DNA of 64,000 nucleotides from Thermodesulfobacteriota bacterium (GCA_040755515.1 JBFMAW010000032.1:3148-67147); one strand, 5' to 3'. Shown: positions 54,416 through 63,870, counted from the stretch's first letter. Notes: generated by a model not told the origin, from the letters alone. Numbers and translations: made by a program.

Positions 54416-55864
54416 ATGTCAAATATATGCGGCGAGGAGTTAATACTGCGTACTGCTTACGGGAAGAAGCTTTCGGAAAGGCAATGTCAGAAGCTTTATT
54501 GGGCCTGCCTGGAGATTTTGGAGCGGACCGGCGTGCTGCTTTATGAGGAGGCGGCGATTGATCTGCTGAAATCGGCTGGAGCGATAATAAACGGGAATCA
54601 TGCCCGTATTCCTTCAGGTCTGGTGGAGAAGGCCTTTTCCACGGTTCCCCGGAAAATAACTTTGTGCGACCTGTCGGGAAAACGCAGTATGCCCATTGAA
54701 GGTCGGCGCACCTTTTTCGGGCCGGGCGCTGATTGCCCCTACATAATCGATCATAAGGACAACCAGCGCCGAAGAGCGGTGTTGGGTGATGTCGTTGAGG
54801 GCGTGACTGTCTGCGATTCTTTATCTCACCTTGATTTCGTGATGAGTATGTTCTTGCCGTCCGATGTCGACCAAAGGATCGCCGATAGATATCAGATGGA
54901 AATAATGCTGAAACACTCGACTAAACCGATATTCTTCTGCTCCACGGAATTATCGGGCTGCCAAATCGCCGTCGAAATGGCTGAAGTGGTCGCCGGCGGC
55001 GCCCGGGAGTTGGAAAAGAATCCCCGAATAGCCTGCTATATAAACGTTACCACCGGCCTCCGTCATAACAAGGAAGCCCTGCAGAAGCTGCTGTTTCTAT
55101 CCGAGAAGAGGATACCGTTCTCCTACTGCCCGAACAACATGGGCGGGGTGACCGCGCCGATTACGGTGGCGGCTTCAATGGCCATGTGGCAAGCCGGCGG
55201 CCTGGTGGGGTTGGTTTTATCTCAACTCAAGAAGGAGGGGGCTCCCTTCATAATGCCGGGTTGGGGCGGCAACATGTTGGATATGCGGACAACCGTGCAA
55301 CCATACGCCGACCCTGAAAAGAGAGCCCAGAGTCTGGATTTCGCCCATTATCTGGGCCTGCCGATGTTCAACCAGGCTGGAACGAGCGACTCCAAGGCGG
55401 TCGATCAACAAGCCGCGGCCGAAGCGGCCTTGACCTTGTTCACCGATGCCCTTTTCGGTGGAAACATTGTCCATGACGTCGGTTATCTCGAGTCCGGACT
55501 CAGTTCCTCCTTGGTTCAGTTGGCTATTTGCGATGAAATCATAGACTGGCTGAAGGCGTTCGTTAAAGAAGTGGAAATCTCCGATGAAACGTTATGCCTT
55601 GACTTGATACATGAAATTGGTCCGAACGGCCAGTTCATGCAGACGACGCATACCATGGAGAATTACAAAAAGCGCTGGTATCCCTCTTTGTTTGATCGGT
55701 CGAATTACAACAGTTGGCGGAAGAAAGGCGCCAAAACCCTCCGGGAGCGGGCGACGGAGAAAGTCCAACGGATATTGGCTGAACCCGGAAAAAGCTGCTT
55801 ACCCCAGGATGCGATAAAGGATATCCACGCCATTGTCGAACGGTCGGAAAGAGAATTGAATTAA
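54416..55864 (+). CDS. MttB-superfamily methyltransferase, non-pyrrolysine type
   Basis: 482 aa, uninterrupted, with no in-frame TAG. Family-typical blocks are ILERTGVLLYEEAAIDLLKSAGA...ARIPSGLVEKAFSTVPRK and GGNIVHDVGYLESGLSSSLVQLAICDEII. Confidence 0.8.
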   Translation: MSNICGEELILRTAYGKKLSERQCQKLYWACLEILERTGVLLYEEAAIDLLKSAGAIINGNHARIPSGLVEKAFSTVPRKITLCDLSGKRSMPIEGRRTFFGPGADCPYIIDHKDNQRRRAVLGDVVEGVTVCDSLSHLDFVMSMFLPSDVDQRIADRYQMEIMLKHSTKPIFFCSTELSGCQIAVEMAEVVAGGARELEKNPRIACYINVTTGLRHNKEALQKLLFLSEKRIPFSYCPNNMGGVTAPITVAASMAMWQAGGLVGLVLSQLKKEGAPFIMPGWGGNMLDMRTTVQPYADPEKRAQSLDFAHYLGLPMFNQAGTSDSKAVDQQAAAEAALTLFTDALFGGNIVHDVGYLESGLSSSLVQLAICDEIIDWLKAFVKEVEISDETLCLDLIHEIGPNGQFMQTTHTMENYKKRWYPSLFDRSNYNSWRKKGAKTLRERATEKVQRILAEPGKSCLPQDAIKDIHAIVERSERELN

Positions 55865-55875
55865 GGAGACGAAAG

Positions 55876-56832
55876 ATGCTGGTAGTTCAGGATATCAACG
55901 ATTTAATCGGCCAGACTCCCCTTCTGGAACTCAGAAAACTGTACCCGGGCTCGGTCAAGGCCAAGATCATGGCGAAACTGGAATTGTGCAATCCGACTTC
56001 CATCAAGGACAGGGGCGTCTACTTCATGGTTCGAGAGGCCGTCAAGGCCGGTCAAATAACCCCAGGGACCGAGGTGGTCGAGGCCAGCAGCGGCAATACC
56101 GGCATCGCGCTGGCCAGGGCCGCGGCGACCATGGGATTCAAGGCCAGAATCTATATGAGTGAATTGTGCAGTGTCGAACGATTAAGGATTATGTCCGCCT
56201 ATGGGGCGACCATTGTTCTGACTCCCGCGGCTGAACATACGCGCGGAGCTCGAGAACGGGCGATCGCTTATTGTGAAGCCAACAGGGCCAAAACCTTTTT
56301 CCTTAACCAGCACGGAAACAGGAACAATGGCCTGGCTCATGAAATGACCACCGGACCGGAGCTGTGGACCCAGACGGGCGGAGAACTGGCCGCCATGATC
56401 ATCGGACTCGGAACAGCCGGTACGTTTGACGGGCTCTCGCGTTACCTGAAGTCAAAATCGAAAGACATACGCATAATCGCTTTTGAACCAGCCAAGAGTC
56501 CGGTCTATGCCGGTGGCAAGCAGGGGGTTCACCGGTTGATCGGTATCGGCCCGGGTTTTGTGACCGACAACTTCAAACGCTCCCGGATGAACCTCGATGA
56601 AATTATACACGTAACTGATGAGGATGCCTACCAATTTACTCGAGGGCTGGCCAGGAAAGAAGGCGTGCTGGCGGGTCCGACTTCGGGAGCGGCCGCCTGG
56701 GTCGCCGGCGAAGTCGGCCGACGGGATGAATTCGCGGGCAAGACAATCGTGTGTTTCTTTTACGATAGCGGCGAGCGCTACCTGTCCACGGAAGGATTAT
56801 TTGAAGTCAACAATTGTGAGAAAGCATCTTGA
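55876..56832 (+). CDS. PLP-dependent cysteine synthase / CBS-family (fold type II) enzyme
   Basis: 318 aa. IGQTPLLEL, the PLP-lysine motif NPTSIKDRG, and SSGNTGIALA. Confidence 0.85.
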   Translation: MLVVQDINDLIGQTPLLELRKLYPGSVKAKIMAKLELCNPTSIKDRGVYFMVREAVKAGQITPGTEVVEASSGNTGIALARAAATMGFKARIYMSELCSVERLRIMSAYGATIVLTPAAEHTRGARERAIAYCEANRAKTFFLNQHGNRNNGLAHEMTTGPELWTQTGGELAAMIIGLGTAGTFDGLSRYLKSKSKDIRIIAFEPAKSPVYAGGKQGVHRLIGIGPGFVTDNFKRSRMNLDEIIHVTDEDAYQFTRGLARKEGVLAGPTSGAAAWVAGEVGRRDEFAGKTIVCFFYDSGERYLSTEGLFEVNNCEKAS

Positions 56833-56913
56833 GGCTTGATAGGTGGTTAATCTGTTTTAATTCATCTAAGTTTTTAAAATACTGCTTCCATCAATATTTA
56901 GGAGGTGACCGCC

Positions 56914-57555
56914 ATGTTTGATTTTACTCAAATTAAACAGGCTCTGATCGATCTGGATAGGAATAGAACCCTTGCTTCAGTTAAAAACGCCTTAAATCGA
57001 AACGAAAACCCCCAAGACATTTTAGAACAGGGGCTTATAGCGGGGATGGAAGTTATTGGCGACAAGATGGAAATGGAAGAAATGTTTATTCCTGAAGTAC
57101 TGGCCGCCGCGGATACGATGCGAGCCTGCCTAGACGTGATAAAACCTTTGTTGGGTTCCACGGAGGTATTGAGCAAGGGGAATATAGTGATCGGTACGGT
57201 AAAAGGTGATTTGCACGACATCGGCAAAAATCTGGTGGCGATGATGCTGGAAACCAGTGGCTTCAAAGTTATCAATTTAGGAGTTGATATTCCAACGGAA
57301 GATTTTGTTACGGCGGTTTACCAGAACAGCGCCGACGTTCTTTGTTTATCCGCCCTTTTGACCACTACCATGCCGGTCATGAAAGACGTAATTAATTCAG
57401 TCAGGAGAAGCACGTCCGACAATCGAGTCAAAGTACTTATCGGCGGAGCCCCGGTAAGTCAGGACTATGCTAATAAAATCGGCGCCGATGGCTACGCCCC
57501 GGACGCCGCCTCCGCCGTGAAGGCCGTCAAGTCGCTTTTACACCGGAATAAATAA
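56914..57555 (+). CDS. Corrinoid (cobalamin-binding) methyl-carrier protein
   Basis: B12-binding motifs are GDLHDIGKNLV (DxHxxG), SALLTTTM (SxL) and LIGGAPV. ATG 56914 follows AGGAGG. Confidence 0.88.
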   Translation: MFDFTQIKQALIDLDRNRTLASVKNALNRNENPQDILEQGLIAGMEVIGDKMEMEEMFIPEVLAAADTMRACLDVIKPLLGSTEVLSKGNIVIGTVKGDLHDIGKNLVAMMLETSGFKVINLGVDIPTEDFVTAVYQNSADVLCLSALLTTTMPVMKDVINSVRRSTSDNRVKVLIGGAPVSQDYANKIGADGYAPDAASAVKAVKSLLHRNK

Positions 57556-57752
57556 GGTCGGGTCTTGTTCAACCGATGTATCGACTTAAAGGACATTAGT
57601 GTGAAAGATAGATGGTTTCGCGCCGGGGCGAATTCCCGCTGGATTGGACGGGACCGATTTCCGGAAAAACTTTGCCTTCACGAAACCCCTTAAATCTTCC
57701 GGTACGACGGATGTGACAATATATTCGACCTTATCGGAAATTGGTGGGAATT

Positions 57753-58859
57753 ATGGGAAGAGTGCATAATTTCAGCGCCGGACCGGCGGTATTGCCGGTA
57801 AGCGTGCTGGAGGAAGCCCAGAAGGAATTATTGGACTACAAGGGCGTGGGAATGTCCATCATGGAGATGAGCCACCGGAGCCAGGAATATGAAGCCGTCC
57901 AGTTCGAGGCGGAATCATTGCTGAAGGAATTATTAAGCGCTCCTAATGGATACCGGGTGTTATTTCTGGGTGGCGGCGCCCACACCCAATTCGCGGCCGT
58001 ACCGTTGAACTTTCTGTTTCCGGACGCGGAAGCCGACTACGTGATTACCGGCGGTTGGGCCGAAAGAGCCTACGAAGAAGCCCTTAAGCTCCACGCGGTG
58101 ACGAAATTATGCGGTAAAGCCAATATGGCCTCGAGCTCCAAAGCGACTAATTTCGACCGTATTCCAACCAGGAGTGAAATCAAGCTCAGTCCAAATCCGG
58201 CCTATGTTCATATTACCTCCAACAACACTTTATATGGCACCCAATGGCCGGCCAGGCCTGATTTTGGAAAGAAAACTCTTTTTGCCGACATGTCGAGCGA
58301 TTTCTTGTCCAGACCTTTCGACTTGTCCCAGTTCGCTTTAATCTATGCCGGCGCCCAGAAAAACTGCGGGCCCGCCGGCGTCACCATCGTCGTTTTGCGC
58401 GAAGATATGATTGAAAAAGCCAACAAGAACATCCCGACCATGCTGTCCTACGGGATACACGCCAAAAACAACTCTCGATATAATACACCACCGGTATTCT
58501 CGATCTACATGGTGAGCCTGGTATTGAATTGGCTTAAGAATAAAGGCGGATTAGCCGCCATGAAAAAAATCAATGTCGAGAAGGCCGGCTGCGTCTATGA
58601 GGCGATAGATAACAGCGGCGGCTTCTACCAGGGCCACGCCCGGAAAGACAGCCGTTCGATGATGAACATTACCTTTAGGTTACCCACCGAAGAACTGGAA
58701 AATAAATTCGTCGACGAAGCCAGGAAATCAGGGCTGGTTGGCCTGAAAGGTCATCGTTCGGTCGGCGGTATAAGAGCATCCACTTATAATGCCTTACCGA
58801 TTCAAGCCTGCCGGGACTTGGCCTCTTTTATGGGAGATTTCCAAAAGAACAATGGTTGA
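57753..58859 (+). CDS. serC: Phosphoserine aminotransferase
   Basis: MGRVHNFSAGPAVLPVSVLEEA...MSIMEMSHRS matches the SerC N-terminus. The track ORF starts 4 codons earlier at a TTG. Confidence 0.9.
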   Translation: MGRVHNFSAGPAVLPVSVLEEAQKELLDYKGVGMSIMEMSHRSQEYEAVQFEAESLLKELLSAPNGYRVLFLGGGAHTQFAAVPLNFLFPDAEADYVITGGWAERAYEEALKLHAVTKLCGKANMASSSKATNFDRIPTRSEIKLSPNPAYVHITSNNTLYGTQWPARPDFGKKTLFADMSSDFLSRPFDLSQFALIYAGAQKNCGPAGVTIVVLREDMIEKANKNIPTMLSYGIHAKNNSRYNTPPVFSIYMVSLVLNWLKNKGGLAAMKKINVEKAGCVYEAIDNSGGFYQGHARKDSRSMMNITFRLPTEELENKFVDEARKSGLVGLKGHRSVGGIRASTYNALPIQACRDLASFMGDFQKNNG

Positions 58860-58868
58860 AACTAGACT

Positions 58869-58905
58869 AAAAAGGAGGCGGCGCCGGCCGGCCCCGCCTT
58901 CTTTA
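58869..58905. terminator. Bidirectional rho-independent terminator between serC and cytochrome c3
   Basis: AAAAA-GGAGGCGG-cgccggccggcc-CCGCCTTC-TTT. The GC-rich stem is flanked by an A-run and a T-rich run, and lies between convergent genes. Confidence 0.65.
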
Positions 58906-58931
58906 CATATGGAAAATCAGCTTTCAGCCGA

Positions 58932-59339
58932 TCACTGCTTCTCGGCGTGACACTCGTTGCATTTGGCTTCCGGACCCTTGCCTTGTTTCTTATGGCAGCC
59001 CCGGCAGTTGTTGTGAAAGGCGTTCTGGAGCTTGTCTATCTTGCCTTCCTTATTCTTCTTGTGACACTCGTCGCATTTCTGGACCGGGTCGCCTTCCTTC
59101 CAGTTGTTGGTCTTGCCGTCGTACTTGGCGTCATGGTGGCATTCGACGCAGGCGACTTTGTGTTCATCAACGTGCTTCTTGTGAGTGAACTCGACCGGTC
59201 CCTTGGTGTGTTTGCCGAAGGTTTCGGTCTTATAGATTTTGACCGTGTCCGGCTGATCGGCGGCCACAAGCAGACCAGCGGCGAAGACGGCGACCAGGAA
59301 AGCGGCTAAGCAGAAACAGATCAAGCCCTTACCTTTCAT
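58932..59339 (-). CDS. Tetrahaem cytochrome c3 (class III)
   Basis: 135 aa with a signal peptide and four CxxCH motifs (CVECH, CDECH, CRGCH, CNECH). Confidence 0.9.
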   Translation of the reverse strand: MKGKGLICFCLAAFLVAVFAAGLLVAADQPDTVKIYKTETFGKHTKGPVEFTHKKHVDEHKVACVECHHDAKYDGKTNNWKEGDPVQKCDECHKKNKEGKIDKLQNAFHNNCRGCHKKQGKGPEAKCNECHAEKQ

Positions 59340-59534
59340 GTCTCTCCTCCCCTCGATCAGGCATGAATAACAAACGTGCAGAATATTAATTCACGGCCGT
59401 CGAGGGTGTCAAGGACCAAAACCACATCGGAGTGGAACTCTTCGCCGAGGACGGCGATTAAATATGATATACTCCGGCCCGCCCCATCACGGTCGCGGCC
59501 GGTTTTGGGTCCGATCCGCGCCAGGGAGGTCGAT

Positions 59535-60518
59535 ATGCGGGAACGGCAACTGCTTTATCTGAGCCGGGCGGACGTGATCGCGGCCGGTCTGGCCCCGGCC
59601 GACATCATCGCGGCCGTGGAAAAAGGCTTTGAAGAACTGGGTCACGGCCGGGTCGAGATGCCGCCGAAATGCGGTCTTCATCCCGGAACCGGCGGCGACA
59701 ACGTCATCAAAGCCATGCCGGCCTATATCCCGGCCCTCGATTCGGCCGGGGTGAAGTGGGTCAGCGGCTACCCGCCCAACCAGGCCAAGGGCCTGCCCTA
59801 TGTATCCGGGCTCATCATCCTCAACGACCCCGAGACCGGTCTGCCCCGGGCGGTCATGGACTGCACCTGGATCACGGCCATGAGGACCGGCGCGGCTTCG
59901 GCGGTCTCGGCCAAATACCTGGCCCGTCCCGGATCGGAGACCATCGGCCTTTTGGCCTGCGGCGCCCAGGGGCACGCCCACCTCGAGGCCATGCGGGTCG
60001 TGTTGCCCTTGAAGAAGGTCAAGGCCTACGACGTGGACCGACGGCGGGCCCGGGTCCTGGCCGACTTCGCCCGCGAAAAGCTTCAGCTCGAGGCCGAGGT
60101 GGTTATGGAACCCAGGCCGGCGGTCACGGGCTGCGACATCATCGTGACCTCGGGCCCTATTCTGAAAAAGCCCCACCAAACCATCCAGGCCGGCTGGATG
60201 GAGGAAGGGGCCTTCGCCTCCCTGGTGGACCTGGATTCGTACTGGTCCCGGGACGCCTTGCGGCAAGCCGATAAATGGACCACCGACCACCTGGGCCAGT
60301 ACCAGGAATATAGGGACGAAGGCGGCTTTTTTCAGGACTGTCCGGAGGTGGACGCCGAACTGGCCGAACTGGTCACCGGCCGCAAACCGGGTCGGGAGAG
60401 GCCGGAAGAGCGCACTTTCGCCGTCAACCTAGGTCTGGCCCTGGACGACCTGGCCGTGGCCCCGCTGGTGTACGAACGGGCCATCCAGGCCGGGCTCGGG
60501 ACTTGGCTGCCCTTCTGA
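59535..60518 (+). CDS. Ornithine cyclodeaminase / mu-crystallin family NAD(P)-dependent enzyme
   Basis: The start MRERQLLYLSRADV follows GGGAGG. WITAMRTGAASAVSAKYLA and the LLACGAQGHAHLEA Rossmann motif are typical of the OCD/mu-crystallin family. Confidence 0.8.
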   Translation: MRERQLLYLSRADVIAAGLAPADIIAAVEKGFEELGHGRVEMPPKCGLHPGTGGDNVIKAMPAYIPALDSAGVKWVSGYPPNQAKGLPYVSGLIILNDPETGLPRAVMDCTWITAMRTGAASAVSAKYLARPGSETIGLLACGAQGHAHLEAMRVVLPLKKVKAYDVDRRRARVLADFAREKLQLEAEVVMEPRPAVTGCDIIVTSGPILKKPHQTIQAGWMEEGAFASLVDLDSYWSRDALRQADKWTTDHLGQYQEYRDEGGFFQDCPEVDAELAELVTGRKPGRERPEERTFAVNLGLALDDLAVAPLVYERAIQAGLGTWLPF

Positions 60519-60552
60519 AAGCGGGTAGGGGCACGGCGCGCCGGGCCCCTAC

Positions 60553-62910
60553 TCAGAACGCCTTGTGCTCGGTCCGGGCGATGATCTCGTTCTGCAACGT
60601 TTCGGAAAGATCGCAGAAGAAGTCGCTGTACCCGGCCACGCGGACGATCAGGTCCCGATACTCCTCCGGCCGGGCCTGGGCCGCCCGCAGGGTTTCGGCG
60701 CGGACAACGTTGAACTGGAGGTGGTGGCCGTCCAGTTTGAAATAGGTCCGGACCAGGCTGGCCAGGTTGTCGAGGCCCTCGTCTCCCTCGAGGAGATCCG
60801 GGGTGAATTTTTGGTTGAGCAAGGCGCCGCCGGTGCGGACGTGATCCATCTTGGAGGCGGATTTGACCACGCCGGTGGGACCGTGGCGGTCGGCGCCCTG
60901 GGTGGGTGAGATACCCTCGGACAGAGGTTCGAAGGCCAGGCGGCCGTCAGGGGTGGCCCCGGTCACTGACCCGAAATAGATGTGGCAGGTGGTGGGCAGC
61001 ATGTTGACGCGGTACACGCCGCCCCGGACGGTGGGCCGGCCGTTGACGGCCTGGTAATACATATCGAAAAGGCTCCGCATGATCTCGTCGGCCCGGTCGT
61101 CGTCGTTGCCGTACCGCGGGGTCTTGTTCAAGATGAGCTGCCGCATCTTTTCCCGGCCCTCGAAGTTACTAGCCAGGGCTGCCAGCAGTTCGTCCAGGCC
61201 GAAGGATCGCCAGTCATAGACGTGATGTTTTATGGCCGAAACAGCGTCGGTCAGAGTCCCGATGCCCACGCCCTGGATGTAATTGGTGTTGTACCGAGCC
61301 CCGCCGGCATGGTAATCCCTGCCCCGGGCCACGCAGTCGGAGATGACCAGGGACAGGAAGGGCGCCGGCATGGACTCGGCGAACAGGGACTCGATGATGT
61401 TGTTGCCCCGGACCTTGACGTCCACGAAGTGGCGAAGCTGTCTTTCGAAGGCCGCCAGTAGTTCCTCCAGGGTGGCCAGTCCGCGGGGATCGCCGGTTTC
61501 GAGGCCTATTCTCCGTCCGGTCCGGGGGTCCAGGCCGTTGTTCAGCGTTATCTCGAGGACCTTGGGCAGATTGAAATACCCGGTCAGGATGTAGGCCTCC
61601 TTGCCGAAAGCCCCGGTCTCGACGCAGCCGCTGGTTCCGCCCTCGCGGGCGTCTTCGAGAGATTTACCCTGCCGCAACAGTTCCTCGACCACCAGGTCCG
61701 CGTTGAACAGGGAAGGCTGTCCCCAGCCTTTCCGGACTATGCGGCAGGCTCTTTTTAAAAAACGGTCCGGGTTCTTCCGGCTGAGTTGAATATTCGAACT
61801 GGGCTGGAGCAACCGCATCTCGTCTATGACGTCCAGGATCAGGTAGGTGACTTCATTGACGCCGTCGGTCCCGTCGGGCTTCAGACCGCCCGTGTTGATG
61901 TTGGCGAAGTCGGTGTACGTGCCGCTCTCGGCGGCCGTGACCCCAACCTTGGGCGGGGCCGGCTGATTGTTGAATTTGATCCAGAAACACTGGAGCAGTT
62001 CCCTGGCTTTTTCTTTGGTCAGGGTCCCGTCTTCCAGGCCCAGCCGATAAAAGGGATAAAGGTGCTGGTCCAGCCGGCCGGGATTGAAGGCGTCCCAGGG
62101 ATTGAGTTCGATAATGACGCCCAGATGAACGAACCAATAATATTGGAGGGCTTCCCAGAAACTCCGGGGTCGTTCGGCCGGCACCCTCGAGCAGATTGCG
62201 GCGATGGTCTCGAGTTCTTGGCGCCGGACGGAATCCGGCTCGACCGCCGCCAGTTCCCTGGCCTTATCGGCGTGCCGGCGGGCGAAGGCGATCAGGGCCT
62301 CGGCGCAGAGGCGCATGGCTTTCAATTGCTGCTGTTTCTTGTACGCGTCAGGATCGTCTAAAAAGTCCAGGCCGGCCAGGTTCCGGTCAATATCGGCCCT
62401 GAAGTCCTTCAGGCCTTTGTGGTAGATTTTGCCGTCCAGGACGGTGTGGCCCGGAGCGCGCTGCTCCATGAACTCGGTGAAGACGCCAGCCCGGTACGCC
62501 TCGATCCACTCCTCGGACATCTCGGCAAAAATGCGCCGGCGCATGTTCCGGCCCCGCCAGTACGGTATGATCACTTCCTCGTACGCTTGCCGGGTTTCCG
62601 GGTCCACCCGGAAGGAGGTCTTGGGCCGGGTGTCGAGTACGTCCAGGTCGGCCAGGGAATGGCAGCAAAGCTCGGGACAGGTCGGCGTGGCCTTGGGTCC
62701 GGGGCCCCGCTCGCCCACGATCAACTCCCCTGGACCGAAGTAAATGGTCTTGTTCTCGAGGATGTATTTAAAGGCCAGGGCCCGCCGCATGGGGGCCGAG
62801 ACTTCACCCATTTCCTGGTAGGCCCTGGTTACCAGCAAGGCCCGTTCAGCGGAAAGACATTCCACCGCCGCCAGGCTTTCCTCTCGCAGCCTGGCCACCC
62901 GTTCGTTCAT
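60553..62910 (-). CDS. Glycyl radical enzyme, PFL2/1,2-eliminase-like clade, substrate unknown
   Basis: 785 aa. The C-terminal glycyl radical motif is RVAGYSDFF. The active-site GCVE (Cys-x-Glu) sits in GGTSGCVETGAFGKE. Confidence 0.88.
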   Translation of the reverse strand: MNERVARLREESLAAVECLSAERALLVTRAYQEMGEVSAPMRRALAFKYILENKTIYFGPGELIVGERGPGPKATPTCPELCCHSLADLDVLDTRPKTSFRVDPETRQAYEEVIIPYWRGRNMRRRIFAEMSEEWIEAYRAGVFTEFMEQRAPGHTVLDGKIYHKGLKDFRADIDRNLAGLDFLDDPDAYKKQQQLKAMRLCAEALIAFARRHADKARELAAVEPDSVRRQELETIAAICSRVPAERPRSFWEALQYYWFVHLGVIIELNPWDAFNPGRLDQHLYPFYRLGLEDGTLTKEKARELLQCFWIKFNNQPAPPKVGVTAAESGTYTDFANINTGGLKPDGTDGVNEVTYLILDVIDEMRLLQPSSNIQLSRKNPDRFLKRACRIVRKGWGQPSLFNADLVVEELLRQGKSLEDAREGGTSGCVETGAFGKEAYILTGYFNLPKVLEITLNNGLDPRTGRRIGLETGDPRGLATLEELLAAFERQLRHFVDVKVRGNNIIESLFAESMPAPFLSLVISDCVARGRDYHAGGARYNTNYIQGVGIGTLTDAVSAIKHHVYDWRSFGLDELLAALASNFEGREKMRQLILNKTPRYGNDDDRADEIMRSLFDMYYQAVNGRPTVRGGVYRVNMLPTTCHIYFGSVTGATPDGRLAFEPLSEGISPTQGADRHGPTGVVKSASKMDHVRTGGALLNQKFTPDLLEGDEGLDNLASLVRTYFKLDGHHLQFNVVRAETLRAAQARPEEYRDLIVRVAGYSDFFCDLSETLQNEIIARTEHKAF

Positions 62911-62931
62911 TTGATCACCCTTTCTCCCACG

Positions 62932-63855
62932 TCAGGCCCCCAGGGACGCTTTCAAGCCATGGGCTTCGAGCAGCCGGACCATTTCCTCGAGGCGCTCCTG
63001 AGAAGGCCGCTCGGTCCCGGCGACCCGGCACTCTCTCCCCAGAAGCCGGTATTTGTCCAGGCCGGTTTCATGATACGGCAACAATATAATATACCGGATT
63101 TTTTCCAAAGCCGCCACAAACCGGGCCAAGGCCGAAAGATTGTCCTGCCCGTCGGTCAGGCCCGGAATGACGGGCAGCCTGATCCAGACCTCCTTGGCGG
63201 TCCGGTCCAGTTTTTTAAGATTTTCGAGTATGAGGCGGTTCGACGCGCCGGTTTCCCTTTGGTGGGCCTCGTCGTCCATGATCTTGAGGTCGTACAGGAA
63301 CAGATCGACGAAGGGCATTATCCTTTCCAGGACCCCGACGTCGGCCAGACCGCAGGTGTCCACCGCGGTATGGATTTCTTCATCCTTACAGGCCTTCAGC
63401 AACGCTTCGAGGAACTCGGGCTGGCTCAAGGGCTCGCCGCCGGAAAAAGTAACCCCGCCTCCTGATTCCTCGAAAAAGGGCAGGTCTTTCTTTATTTCCT
63501 CCATGACCTGGGCCACGGTCATCCTCCGGCCGATGACCTCTCTGGCTTCGGCCGGACAGGACTCGACGCAACGGCCGCAACGGACGCAAAGTTCCTCGAG
63601 TTTGATGAATTTCCCCTGGATCAAGACAATGGCGCCCTGGGGGCAGACCAGTTCGCACTCGCCGCAGCCGATACAGCGGTTTGGACGAAAGACGATCTCA
63701 GGATGGACGGACTGGCTTTCCGGGTTGTGACACCAGAGGCAGCCCAGGGGACAGCCTTTCAGAAAGACGGTGGTTCGGAGGCGAGGGCCGTCCCGGGTCG
63801 AGAACCTCATGATATTGAATACTATTCCCGTCTGCTCGTACCCGTGGCCGGTCAC
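62932..63855 (-). CDS. Glycyl radical enzyme activating enzyme (radical SAM)
   Basis: 307 aa. GCPLGCLWCHNPES is the CxxxCxxC motif. Two auxiliary ferredoxin motifs are CIGCGECELVCPQG and CVRCGRCVESCP. Confidence 0.9.
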   Translation of the reverse strand: MTGHGYEQTGIVFNIMRFSTRDGPRLRTTVFLKGCPLGCLWCHNPESQSVHPEIVFRPNRCIGCGECELVCPQGAIVLIQGKFIKLEELCVRCGRCVESCPAEAREVIGRRMTVAQVMEEIKKDLPFFEESGGGVTFSGGEPLSQPEFLEALLKACKDEEIHTAVDTCGLADVGVLERIMPFVDLFLYDLKIMDDEAHQRETGASNRLILENLKKLDRTAKEVWIRLPVIPGLTDGQDNLSALARFVAALEKIRYIILLPYHETGLDKYRLLGRECRVAGTERPSQERLEEMVRLLEAHGLKASLGA

Positions 63856-63870
63856 GCGGATCGCCCCACC

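Noticed and set aside
46500-59400. A genomic island bounded by integrase, tRNA or direct repeats.
   Set aside because: No integrase, transposase, tRNA or obvious flanking repeats were seen. Only the compositional shift is reported.
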